64,000 nt of DNA, taken from assembly GCA_026026165.1 (NCBI GenBank), contig JAPEUD010000005.1:372001-436000 (forward strand), written 5' to 3'. Below the pieces are notes generated by a model that was given only the letters and a program-made list of their open reading frames with translations, was not told the origin of the DNA and did not search any database. Position 1 is the stretch's first letter. Every line of letters begins with the position of its first letter. This document shows, in pieces, positions 52,301 to 63,408 of this stretch. The DNA is from Sarea resinae. Lineage: Eukaryota. The translations under genes were made by a program, and so were the position numbers.

Positions 52301-53748
52301 GCCGAGAAACTCTAGCGTAAGGCGGAAGAAGGCAAAGGTGCCACCACAGGGAAAGTGGAGGTCTGTGTGGGCTTATTGAATCTGACGATCTACGAGCGTA
52401 CAAGGTCAACATCGGCTCAATCGGGCAGAGCAGAGGCATGCGATTCAATCTCATGCCCATGCCATGATGCTGTCCGATGCCATGCTATTGCTATGTCGTA
52501 CCGCACGAGGCACCAGCATGCAGGCAGATACCTGCCCTGCACCCACTCACTCGACTCCGCGTAGACGATTGCATCCAGGATCTCAACTGCCACTGTAGCC
52601 AAGCCAGGCCAAGCCAAGCCATCTACCCACCATACCTGGTGCCCGTCGCAGAAGACATTCTCGCCCACCAACCCTGAAGACCAGGTTGAGCAGGAGACGG
52701 AGGAGCGAGGACCAAGAGGCCTCGGCTCACCTCTTGCCTTCTTCAACTCCAATCACCATACCTTCATCGAAAAGCAGAGGGGGCCTCTCCTAATCCATGC
52801 CCCCGCAGTACTCTGTCCTCTCCCTTCCCTACCTACCTACCTATTTCCCTCCAGGTTTTCCTAGCTACCTAGCTACCTAGCTACTTCCTTACAAACACAC
52901 ACGCCAGGCAGGCAGGCAGGCAGGCAGGCATCAGTTCGGCATGGAGGTAAGATGCAGACGCATGTGCCACATGGGATCCCAAACCCTAAACCGTAAGCCG
53001 TACACCACAAAATTAAAGTAGTAGTACTACTCCTACCTACCTACCTACCTTATTCAGTACCTTACCAGTAATACAGACTCGAGTTGGAGGGTTAGTACGC
53101 AAGTATGGTAGGGTATGGTATGGTATGGTATGGTATGATAGGGTAGGGGTAGGGTAAGGTATGGTAGGGGAATCATCACATACAGTAGTCGTATGTATGG
53201 TAGGTAGGTATGTAGTACAGCCCAGATCATGCAATTCGCACGCACTCCTGCACGCCTGCACGCCTGCACGCACGTACACATCACATACATCCATACATAC
53301 ATTAAATATATCCGCACATATCAAAACAATACAGATCTACATCGATACATTTCTACGGCCATCTGATACAACAATACTTACGGTACTATGAGTATACCGT
53401 ACACACCCAGGACAGGTTAAAAGAAGAGAAGGGAAGAGAAGAGAAAGCCTCACTTCTGCACCCCAGCTCCCTTCCTTCCCTCCCCTCCCCTCCTCTCCCG
53501 CTCCCCTCCTGCCAGCTTGCAGCTGGCCTTCAGCGCGCCCGGGGTATTTATACATAACAATGACAACGACAACAACGGCAACCCTAGTCCAGGTTCCTAG
53601 GGGGAGGAAGCTCCTTGAAAAACCCCTAGCCCTTGCACAGGAGAAGGGCATACGAGATCAGAAAAGAAAAAAATCCCCCACCCTCGACCTCTCTAGTTCT
53701 TTACCTACCTAGTTACCTACCTAGTTACCTACCTGTATTGTGTTGTAT

Positions 53749-53856
53749 TATAAGCTGTTAGCTATAAGCTGTTAGCTATAAGCTGTTAGCTATAAGCTGT
53801 TAGCTATAAGCTGTTAGCTATAAGCTGTTAGCTATAAGCTGTTAGCTATAAGCTGT
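53749..53856. repeat. 14-bp minisatellite (TATAAGCTGTTAGC), 7 full units plus a 10-bp partial unit
   Basis: Perfect head-to-tail units read directly; no spacers. Confidence 0.95.
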
Positions 53857-55475
53857 GGGTTTTACTCTATTTTATTTTATTCAGTTGATTTTAATTGATT
53901 TTAGTTTTCTATCTTGTTGTCGTATTTTATCATGTTGTATTGTGTTAAACAAGGATTAGGTTCTAGTTTTCTTGCTGCAGATGATATGTATGCACAGTGT
54001 TATTGATATCAAAATCAAAATCAGAGAGCAGAGTAAAGGAAGGTAGAGCAGACTAGATCACTAAAAAAACCAGACCAACTAAAGCACGGCTGCAGCTTGT
54101 GCTTCTTCTTCTTCTTCTTTTCCTCTTCTAGGAGGAGAAGCAGGCGGCCTGCTAGTCCGCCGTGGTCTGCTATAGGATCATAGATGTCTATCTATCTACC
54201 TATCTGTCCCTCTGTCCCTCTGTAGTCTATCTGTCCATCTGTCCATCTGTCTACCTACCTATCTACCTACCTCCCCACCTCTGCGCCTTGCCCTGCCGCA
54301 CCTCGCCCGTGTATAGCTATAGATTGACGTGAGAGCCAGATACATACGTTTGATGAAGTAAAACTCCAAGGACAGAGGAGGTCGTGAAGACGGCGGTCTG
54401 GCACGAGTAGGCAGGACAAGACGGGATGGGACAGATGAGATAGGATGGGTAAGGCTAGACCGCTCTGTCCATTTGAAGCCTCGACGACAAAAAGGAAAGC
54501 ATGAAGCACGAGACACAAAGCACACGAGTCAGGTGATGGGGGGAAATGGTTTGGTCGCCTGTAAACTTCGTATGTATGCATGTATGTATGCGCGGCTGAG
54601 CCGGGAGAAGAATGCCTCAAGAGCGCCAATGGAATCGTTTCCTAGAAGAATCTCTCGGATCGTCTCGTTCTGTCTCTCTTCTTGCCTGGTCCTTTGGTAG
54701 TGAAGCTCCAGCAGCAAAGGCAGACCAAAAGGCGACGTCATTAAAATACGAGTCACGTAGAAGATCTCGACCCGAACAGGAACGAATATGCTATAATCAC
54801 TGACCCAGAGACCGAAAGCCAAATCCGGACGAAAGTTAAAGAAACCGCCCACAAAACCCCCGCCGGATGCCAGAAAAAGCAAACGTTACGATAACAGACC
54901 CAGACCCAGACTCAAAACCACAAGAAAGTAATACAAAAAGCCGTGAACACAACGTCCATGATTCCAACTCGAGCCGATCAAGAACCTGCTCCCTGAGGAA
55001 AGAGAAAGCTCGATTGATAGTCTAGACGTCTCTGAATTCCGTACTTTTCGCATCCAACCTGGCGGGACGTACGAGTCAACTCGCCCAAGAACTTAAGAGG
55101 GCTCGATTGGACGGGGTCTCAGTACTCCAGTTCCTTCCCAATCCGTACTAAAATCCAAATTCCATATTCAAATCCACAATTTGGTCCCCCACCCCAATCG
55201 ATTCTACTTATCGGGAGCTATTCGGTCGAAGGACAGCTCAACCGATGAGGTCTCAGAATGAGGAGGGTCCCGCCAGGGGTCTTGTTCTGCCTATATGTAT
55301 CCATCTTCTTTAATGCTGCAATCTCTTTGTGACGATCCACATTGTGTGCGTGCTTGCGTGTGTGCGAGTTCCCCCAACGCCAATTTCACCCTTTCCTCGG
55401 AGCCACGCTTGTCCTCCAAATACCCAATTCTGAAAACCGACCATCAAACAAACAATAAAAGGATGAAGCTAGAGG

Positions 55476-56789
55476 TCAAGTTCTCTTGCGGAGAACGCGT
55501 CTACCAGTTGGTTGGGGATCCGGCTTTGCTGCCGCAGATGCAGCTTTTTTCGCAGCGGCGCCGCCAGCGGCAGTCTTCCTGGCAGCCGCAGTACTTGGGG
55601 CTTTCTTTAGAGCAGGTGCCTTTCTGGTTTTCGCTACCACAGTCGTGCCCGTTGATGAGGTCGAAGTTTGGCTGCTGTTGCTGGCCGTCCGATTGGTGGT
55701 CTTGGTCTCCTTGGCTGGTGCTGCATGCGTGGCACGTTTACCACGTGCTGTCGCCGTTGTCGCCGGCGCTGGTGCCGCTGGTGCAGCCTTCCGTGTCGTG
55801 GTTCTTGTCGTCCTTGCTGCTTTCCCTGCCACGCCTGCGAGAGCCTTGGTAGCAGCAGCTGCAGCATTGACCGATCCAGAAGCCTTGACAGGAGATGGTG
55901 CTGGGCGTGGGACGGCCATCCTCTCTGGAGACCCCGCGGCCTTGAAAGGTGAACGGGGAAGGGTTTGAGAGTTTGAGTTTTTCGGAGATAGGATTTCGGA
56001 ATGCGGCAATTTCGCTTTGGAGGCAGCTCGCTTTGGCGCGGGAGGGTTGGCGGCCGTTTTGGTCCGCTTTTTAGGCATTGAGAGCTCGTTCTGTGCGTTC
56101 TCTTTGTTTGCGTCTTCGAGATGGTCGCTACAAGGCAAAAGTTAGGGACATGCAAGACCGAAATATCGGTAGTCTGAAGAGGGCATACCTAGAACGCTTC
56201 ATGCCTCTAGTACGTGGTGGAGGTGGCATCTTTTTGGAGGTCACAGTCGCGTCTTCCTTTTCAGGTAGAGCTCCACTCATTATGGCCTTTTCATTCGCAT
56301 TCTCTGCAGACTTCGAGCGACTGGAAGCACCATTCGTGTCCGCTTGCGCGGCTTCCGCATATTTGACCAGTAACTCCCCCATATTCGCTTTCCGAAGGGC
56401 TATCGGTATACGATTAATGCGGATCTCGATTCGTGAGCGTAATCCTTGAGCTTGAAGAGAGTATTGAGCGCGTAATTTTCGCGCCCTCTCCGTTACTACT
56501 AGAAATTAGACCTAGGACGCGCTAGAAATCCGCGGACAGGATCCAGTTGCTGCAGCTGGAGAGCAAGGTACTCACCTTCCAATTGTAGATTATCAATCAA
56601 GGCCTGCTTTTGCGCTTGAGTGATTGTCATTGCGCGTTTTGAAGGACTTCGAATTGGTGTACGTGTACGTGCGGGGCTGCCAGTTTTGGTCGCGATCCTC
56701 GTTGGAGGAGCTGGAAAGTCGGCTAGGTCGGCACCAGCAGAGCTGGCAGAGCTGGCTGAGACCTTCTTCTTGCCCCTGAGAGGAGCCAT
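55476..56789 (-). CDS. Borealin-like (Nbl1/Borealin N-terminal domain) chromosomal passenger complex subunit
   Basis: Exons 56789-56576, ~56495-56189 (TAGTAG tandem acceptor), 56127-55476. QKQALIDNLQLEVTERARKLRAQY..LRSRIEIRINRIPIALRKANMGELL, then a basic A/T/K/P-rich tail with S/TP sites and KEN. Confidence 0.82.
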
Positions 56790-56899
56790 ACTGTCACTTG
56801 CTTTGATTGGACGCGTGGGAGGATTTTGTGTTGTATGAGGGCGTTGAAAGTGAAGATGATGGAGCGAGTGTCGAGGGTCGATTGTCGAGTCGAGAGTGA

Positions 56900-57018
56900 G
56901 AGGGCGCGAGTAAACAAAGGCGGAGCCGCATGGTGTCTTGGCAGGAACGTCAATGCCCAGCACCAATAGCCCACGTACCTTCCCGTAGCTGTATGGTAGA
57001 CAGTAAGCACCTCAACTG
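56900..57018 (+). repeat. 119-bp direct repeat, copy 1 (immediately upstream of the borealin-like gene)
   Basis: Ungapped hand alignment to 59894-60012 gives 102/119 identical. Contains GTAAACAAA (forkhead-type site) and a CCAAT. Confidence 0.93.
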
Positions 57019-57279
57019 TAGGTGAGCAACAGCCCTCCATACGGAGTAGATAAACACTGGCCTCAGGCTGTATCATATCCTGACGAGGCGATTTCAAGAG
57101 CGCGGCAGCCATCCAAATGCGCATAAAGCAGGGCTAGGATATTGACAATCATAGTTACTATGTCGCTAAATCTATGTAGTGGAAAGCTTTTCAATCACCC
57201 ATTCAATCCTTTTTGGTTCGCACGATATCTCTGCGGTCACCCGTTAAAGATCCCAACAACCTTTCTTTATCCCTTCTTC

Positions 57280-59194
57280 TTACCGAGCATCAAACGGCCG
57301 TAACCGCTCGGCTCTATCTTCCGTCATCGTTTCATCCGTATGCGCTGCCTCGAGCCATGTCTTGTATGCTGCCCGATGTGCTTCCTGCGCATCGTCCCAC
57401 AGCTCGATAGGGATCCAACCATCAGAATTGGTGCCCAGAGAGTTCATGAGCCACAACTTCAGTTTTTGCACGGCATCGAAATCTTCCCATTGGCGTGCAT
57501 GTTCTTTGAGCTCTGCTTCTGTCGGCGAGTATGGACACGAGCCGTCTAGTCCGGCTTCGTTCCAGCAAGCCGCGAGTTCCATCAGTTCCTGGCGGATGGC
57601 TGGTATCCCCTCTCGCCATGATGTGTAGCAATAGTGGAACGGGCGGAACAAGGATTGATCAAGAATGAACGCTGGTTTCAATTTTGGTGCTCTGCCTTTC
57701 ATACATGTCTCATAACCTTGGTTGCATATTCTCCTGTCCTTCTCTAGCCGTGCTTGGTCTGGATCCTGCAATGTACCTTCAGTATCACCATTACCTTGAG
57801 TCACAGGCGGAAGTGCGGCGAAGTCGGGAAATTCGTTAGAGTAGATGAATGCAGGTTCGATGCTTGCCGACTGCCAGTCGATCAAACCCGTGATCTTCGT
57901 GGGATCATCTGGGGAGACATATATGTTTCTTTTGTTCAAATCTGCATGAACCAACGCTGGCGTAGCCGCATCTCGGATACGCGGTTCCTGAATCAGCCGT
58001 TCGAGAACCTCTTGACTGGCTTTCAGTAAACGAATGTGTTCCTCGACGGATTCGCAGTAGATGGGATGCCGTTCTATGCCAGACGATTTTTTTGGTAGAC
58101 GCGAAAAGCCTGTTTCAATTAGACCCGAGCAGTACTGGCCTAGACTCTTCCCTGCTCATTGAAAGCGGATTAGCTTCCTAGAAATCATTGATAAGGACCG
58201 GCATTTATTGGCTTACATGGTCCACGATTCGGGCTCGGGCCTCCATAGAGGTCGGGTTCGCCAGGGTTGCAATTAGAGAACACAGATCCACAATGAGGAC
58301 CTATACAGTATTCTTCATCAAAGAAAATCTTGAGGCCGGGATCAATTGGCGCATCTGCAAAATATAGACTCCCATAGGCTGGAAAGCTCAAAGCGGCCAT
58401 CTCTGCGACTTGATTGGCAATGGCTACTGTGCATCGTAAGTGCTGGAGTGTATCCATCTCGGGCCAGTGTTCTTGAAGATTCAAGCCATCCACGTGCTCC
58501 TGCAGGATATACTCTGTACGCGCTGAGTTAGAAGCATCATCGCTCCAATCGATAACTCTGGGGATCGGGACGGAAGTGCGAGCTCTGACTGTTGAGACGG
58601 TGGTATATCAGTTGATGTCATCTGAAACTCGGACGCATAGATCTATGACCTACGATACGATATGGTGGCGACCTCCGAGTTTGTTGTCAAGGTCGATGGT
58701 CCTGCAATCCTTGTAGGTATTCGAGCCACGATACGGGCACCCGTGTCCATGGTCATGATGAAGACTTTGTTGAAACCTCCCTCTTTCTTCCGGTATGATA
58801 TGACTTTGGTCGCTCCCGGACAGTTCTTGACCGCAATCTGGCAAAGCGCCTCGAAATCAAATGCGACATATCGAGATTCCCGTTGGAGGAAGTCCCGGTG
58901 AAGCCATCTTCCACTTGTGTAAGCATAGGGATCGCGTACTGATGGGAATAAGCGTGAGCAGGAGTCCCTCACAAGGCAGGGCATTCACGAACGTCTGTGT
59001 TCTGCAAGTATGGTGGACTGTTTGCGAGATGAGGAAGATAATGAGCGCTCAGAAGCAACTGAACTCTGTTTGCCTCCCATCCTGCGTAACACCGGTTGGT
59101 AAGAAAATGAGAGTGAACGCAGGGCTATATTTCGACGTTGGGTGGTTCGGAAGCCTTGACTTAAAAGGTCTGCTGGGCTGATTCCCTTCGCCAT
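57280..59194 (-). CDS. APH/choline-kinase-like phosphotransferase (Aim9-like family), possibly mitochondrial
   Basis: Exons ~59194-58993 (start uncertain, alternative ATG 59080), 58938-58654, 58588-58217, 58151-57280, all in frame. YTSGRWL, EGGFNKVF, VARIP, NSEVAT, catalytic HADLNKRNI, metal-binding IDWQ, DGWIP. Confidence 0.88.
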
Positions 59195-59893
59195 TCGAAT
59201 ATGCCAGAAACACTCGGACCAGCCTTGGCTAGCAACAGTTTCTGGATATCTTGGGAGATCTAGGCACCCACAATTCTTCCCTGGTATTCCACGGCCAAAT
59301 TCCGTATACAACGCCGCTTAGGGATGTCTGGGAGTAAGCCAAAAAGAGGTTATGGCAATAGGTGCCGCTTTGGGGATGCTCTCGCCACCAGTCCTTGAAG
59401 CTGGGTCCGGCTGGATGTGATAATCGGCCCCTGAGCTCAGCCAGGACCAAGAGCTTTACCGAATCCGATTACTCTGATACAGACTTCGGTTCGTGGATCA
59501 TATGGACGCATTCTGAGGGCATGAACGGGAGCTCGAGGGTGATGATAAGAATTGTCTTTCTTGCATACAATTCCATGAATCAGAGATCAAGCAGTCGTAT
59601 TCTCAAGTGTATCTCGCTGAATGCGGACGGTATCCACTGTCCATAAAATTAAGCACTAGATAGTTTGATCCCTCTTGCTTGCATCACAATCTGAGCATCC
59701 TATCTCTGGATAGGATTGTCCTACCCTCCAGGCTACGAGCGTAGTCACCCGGTCACCGGCGGTTAAGAAAGGTCGAGTGGAAATTGGGATCAGTACAATG
59801 CGCAGGCGGAGACGCAATTCAGCAATTGGCGGGGCCTGATGTATCCGATCACGTCTGAGATATGGGAGATTTGAGTCGCCCAGGTGAAGTGGT

Positions 59894-60012
59894 GAGGGCA
59901 CGAGTAAACAAAGGCGGAGCCGCACGATGGCTTGGCGGGAACGTCAAGGCTCAACACCAGTAGCTTACGTACCGCACCGTAGCCGTATGGTAGACAATAG
60001 GCACCTCAACTG
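59894..60012 (+). repeat. 119-bp direct repeat, copy 2 (upstream of rpn10)
   Basis: Same orientation as 56900-57018, 17 substitutions, no indels; 24-bp identical core CGAGTAAACAAAGGCGGAGCCGCA. Confidence 0.93.
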
Positions 60013-60189
60013 CTTGCCTCTACCGCCATCATCAACCTCCAGGGCTACACATTACATAGCGTACAACGTCCGTCTTACTGTCTTCATATCCTAAGCGGCC
60101 ATCTCCTGTAGTCCATCTCTCGAAAGACCATCTTCTCGACCTACCTTTCTCCTATTCACAATCTCTCGGCCCGCGGGGATCTCGCCAAG

Positions 60190-61288
60190 ATGGGCCTCGA
60201 AGCAACTATGATTGTGTATGTGCAGCTGTATCTACCCAGCTTCTCAGGATTCCAAGCTGATAACATGGATCTACAGCATCGACAACAGTGAGAGCAGTAG
60301 AAATGGCGACTATGTGTATGTCACATGCTTCCCGCGGCTCACCTGCTCTTTGAATCCGCATTTACTTATCCTTTTCATCTACAGGCCCTCACGATTCGAG
60401 GCGCAGTGTGACGCTGTCAACCTCATCTTCTCCGCAAAGACGCAAGCAAATCCAGAATCCTCGGTCGGCCTTATGAGCATGGGGGGCAAAGGGCCGGAAG
60501 TGCTAGTGACACTGACGACCGACTTTGGGAAGGTCTTGGACGGGCTTCACCGGACAAAGATAAGAGGCGACACGCACTTGGCCACGGGGATACAGGTTGC
60601 AGGCGTACGTTACCAGCTTTGGATTTTCTGAACTCACTTGCTGACGAGCATTCCCTCATCATAGCTTGCGCTCAAGCATCGTCAAAACAAGTCCCAACGA
60701 CAACGTATAATAGTCTTCAACTGCTCGCCGATTCAAGAGGATGAGAAGACACTTGTTCGACTAGCGAAGAAGATGAAGAAGAACAACATATCGATCGACT
60801 TCATCGCATTCGGCGAACTCGAGGATGAGAATACCAAGAAGCTGGAAGCGTTCAACGAGAACGTCAAGGGTGGCGATGGCTCACATCTGGCAATCATCCC
60901 TCCTGGTCCGAACCTTCTCAGTGACAACCTTATCACCACCCCAATCCTTGCTGGGGATGGCGTAGGAGGCGGTGCTGGGATGGGCAGTGCGGGCACTGAA
61001 GGTGGAGAAAGCGGTGGGAATCAATTCGAGTTCGGTGTTGACCCATCTATGGATCCTGAGCTCGCACTTGCTCTAAGGATGAGCTTCGAAGAAGAAAAGG
61101 CGAGGCAGGACAAGGAGAAGCGCGAAAAGGAAGAGAAGGAGGGAAAGGAAAACCTGGAAGGTATCAAGGAAGAGGAAGAGGCCCAGCCACTGCTGGACAA
61201 GCAGGGTGAAGCGAGTGGCAGTGGGAGCCGGGAAGATGACGACAAGAAGGATCAGAACGATGGCGGAGATAAGATGGACACAGCATGA
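60190..61288 (+). CDS. rpn10: 26S proteasome regulatory subunit Rpn10
   Basis: Exons 60190-60215, 60277-60315, 60385-60604, 60665-61288. vWA domain (MGLEATMIVIDNSESSRNGDY, NPESSVGLMSMGG, LALKHRQNKSQRQRII) and UIM (FGVDPSMDPELALALRMS). Confidence 0.96.
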
Positions 61289-61556
61289 GAGCACTTTTTG
61301 CGGCAAAGGTCTGGCTGCATTATTGGCGTTTCCGATGTATCATACGTAATGAGGATCTTGAGGTTAGAGCTTTCTGCAGAGCTGGTGGCTCGCAGAACCA
61401 ATCTGTTTGCATACTCTATCGTCATGACTTATCGCAAGAATTATCATCTTATATTTGTGCACGCTTGCGTAAACGCCTACCCCTTTCCAAAACGCCAGAC
61501 TCGATGCAGATATACTCAAAGCACCCTTCTTTTTCGCATTCCATCGCCCCTTTCGG

Positions 61557-62212
61557 CTACTGCCTTGGCTTGATATAACTCCCCAGATGGCGATCAAAAG
61601 CCTCACATCTGATCGGCATCTCGATCTGATAGAACGGGTTCTTCATGACGAAATCGGCGTACAGCTCATAGACCCTCCGGATGATGACATCGACATTCGG
61701 CTGGTGCGGCTCCGTGAAGAGCAGGAATTTCGTGCCGGTGAGCGTCTGGAAGCATTGCATGCGGAACTTCTCCGTCTCCATGACCTCGATGCCTGTGGTT
61801 GGATTCCCGGGCGTGCGTGGCAGGGGACAGAGACCTTTGGCTATTGCGTGGACGCTTTGTAGAGTAAAGTTTTAGCCTTTGGGGATTGCGTCTGTGGGGG
61901 GGGAATGAATGCAAAAGGGGGGCCGGGAAACATCAACAGCTTCAGCGATATCATATCGCATTCGAGATTTCTAAATGCAAGCATTGCCAAAGAAAGAAGA
62001 ACGGCGCTTGCAAACAGAGACATACCCATGAAAGGTTCCCGCTAGAACGAGATAGTCGTTGATGCTGAGCTTATTCAGTCCGTCATGGAAATCGCGCTGG
62101 TAGATTAAGCCTCCGGCTTTGTTGATGATGATGAGCGCGAAGACGACCCTAATTCGATTGCGTTAGCCCCCAGTACATATTATTCTTAAATAGGGCAGCT
62201 ATTTACGGACAT
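61557..62212 (-). CDS. trs23: TRAPP complex subunit Trs23 (sybindin family)
   Basis: Coding exons 62212-62211 (AT), 62148-62026, 61854-61557. MVVFALIIINKAGGLIY, NDYLVLAGTFHGVHAI, FQTLTGTKFLL, YADFVMKNPFY..MPIRCEAFD. Confidence 0.92.
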
Positions 62213-62658
62213 TTTGATGCTGCTGGCGGCGTCTCCCCCCGCACCCGCGCACCGTGTTCGCGCTGTTGCGCCTGTTGGCGGTATATGACGACTTGGAGGT
62301 TGTGAGAGCTGCTGCGCGCATCAAGATGGGGGGAGGTGGCTGATATTCCTGTCGTCTTTCTGTTCGTGGTCGATTGCTTAGACCTCGGATCGATCGTCTC
62401 GGGCACTCTTTTCCGTACTGGGAAGATGAGGCTCTAGCTGGCTGGCTAGACTTCTGCGCGAGATCTGGCTATCAGGGTCCCGAGAGTGAGGACGATATCT
62501 ACGGGCGCCCATGTTCGGGGGCCTGGAGTGCCCCGGACGGCATTTGCCGCCGCTGCGGTCCCTCCCTCCGACAGATGTCGAATCCACGATCCACAACTTG
62601 CATTTCTCGCGGTGGATTTCATATTGCTCCCTGTCTCTCTGATACAACCCGCACAGCC

Positions 62659-62899
62659 ATGGCAAGCACGGCGCCCACATCGCGGACGCGCGAACGGCCG
62701 CACGGCGACGAAGAAGCCTCGACGGAGCTCCGGCTAGGCGAATTCCAATCCGTGCCGACGCTGACCATGTCCGAGGCACGGCTCCTCATCAACGCCGTCA
62801 TCGAGCACCGAAAGACGCAGCGGAAGGTCGAAGAGACCGAGTAAGCCACGGCTCTTTTTCCTTGTGTGCTACGACGGGGTCAGAACCAGCGGGGGAGAG

Positions 62900-62958
<59 letters not shown>

Positions 62959-63408
62959 TGATGGATGGCTAATAACGGTTGGATCTGCAACAACAGGACG
63001 CTCATCAAAATGCAAGACTACCTCGACATCTTCGCGCGCTTCAAGCAAAAAGAGAACATCGAGGCCGTCGAGCGCATGCTCACGACCCATACGGAGCTGG
63101 AACCGTTTGAGAAATCCCAACTCGGTAAATCACCCCATCTCGTCCCAAATTCCCTCTCCCTCTTCCCCGGGAGGAGCTTTTCTTCACCCTCTCGATCCTC
63201 TCTCTGTTCCTAAGCGAAGAAGAAGAGCTGCTGCGCGACGAAACTAACCATGACCGGGGTCTGCGGCTGAATAGGATCACTCTGCTGCGATAGCGCCGAA
63301 GAAGCCAAAACTCTGATTCCGAGCCTGGGGAACCGTATTTCCGACGACGAGCTCCAGGACCTTCTCAGCGAGATCACAAATATCAGGGAGATGGACCTGC
63401 ATAAGTGA
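62659..63408 (+). CDS. rpb4: RNA polymerase II subunit Rpb4
   Basis: Exons 62659-62840, 62997-63124, 63275-63408. EEASTELRLGEF, LTMSEARL, YLDIFARFK, FEKSQLGSLCCDSAEEAKTLIPSL, DELQDLL. Confidence 0.94.
62904..62955. repeat. (GA)26 microsatellite inside rpb4 intron 1
   Basis: Perfect dinucleotide run read directly. Confidence 0.95.

Noticed and set aside
52260..53000. Interstitial telomere-like CCCTAA hexamers
   Set aside because: Only isolated one- to two-unit matches; compatible with chance.
53749..53856. CRISPR array or telomere repeat
   Set aside because: No spacers, eukaryotic context, internal position and no G-rich strand.
56900..60012. 119-bp repeats as 5S rRNA genes or as LTRs of a retroelement
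   Set aside because: The length resembles 5S, but I see no similarity to fungal 5S sequence on either strand. There are no TG..CA ends and no gag/pol, and the enclosed gene keeps its introns.
56900..60012. RIP as the cause of repeat divergence
   Set aside because: Substitutions run in both directions and include transversions, and the repeat is shorter than typical RIP substrates.
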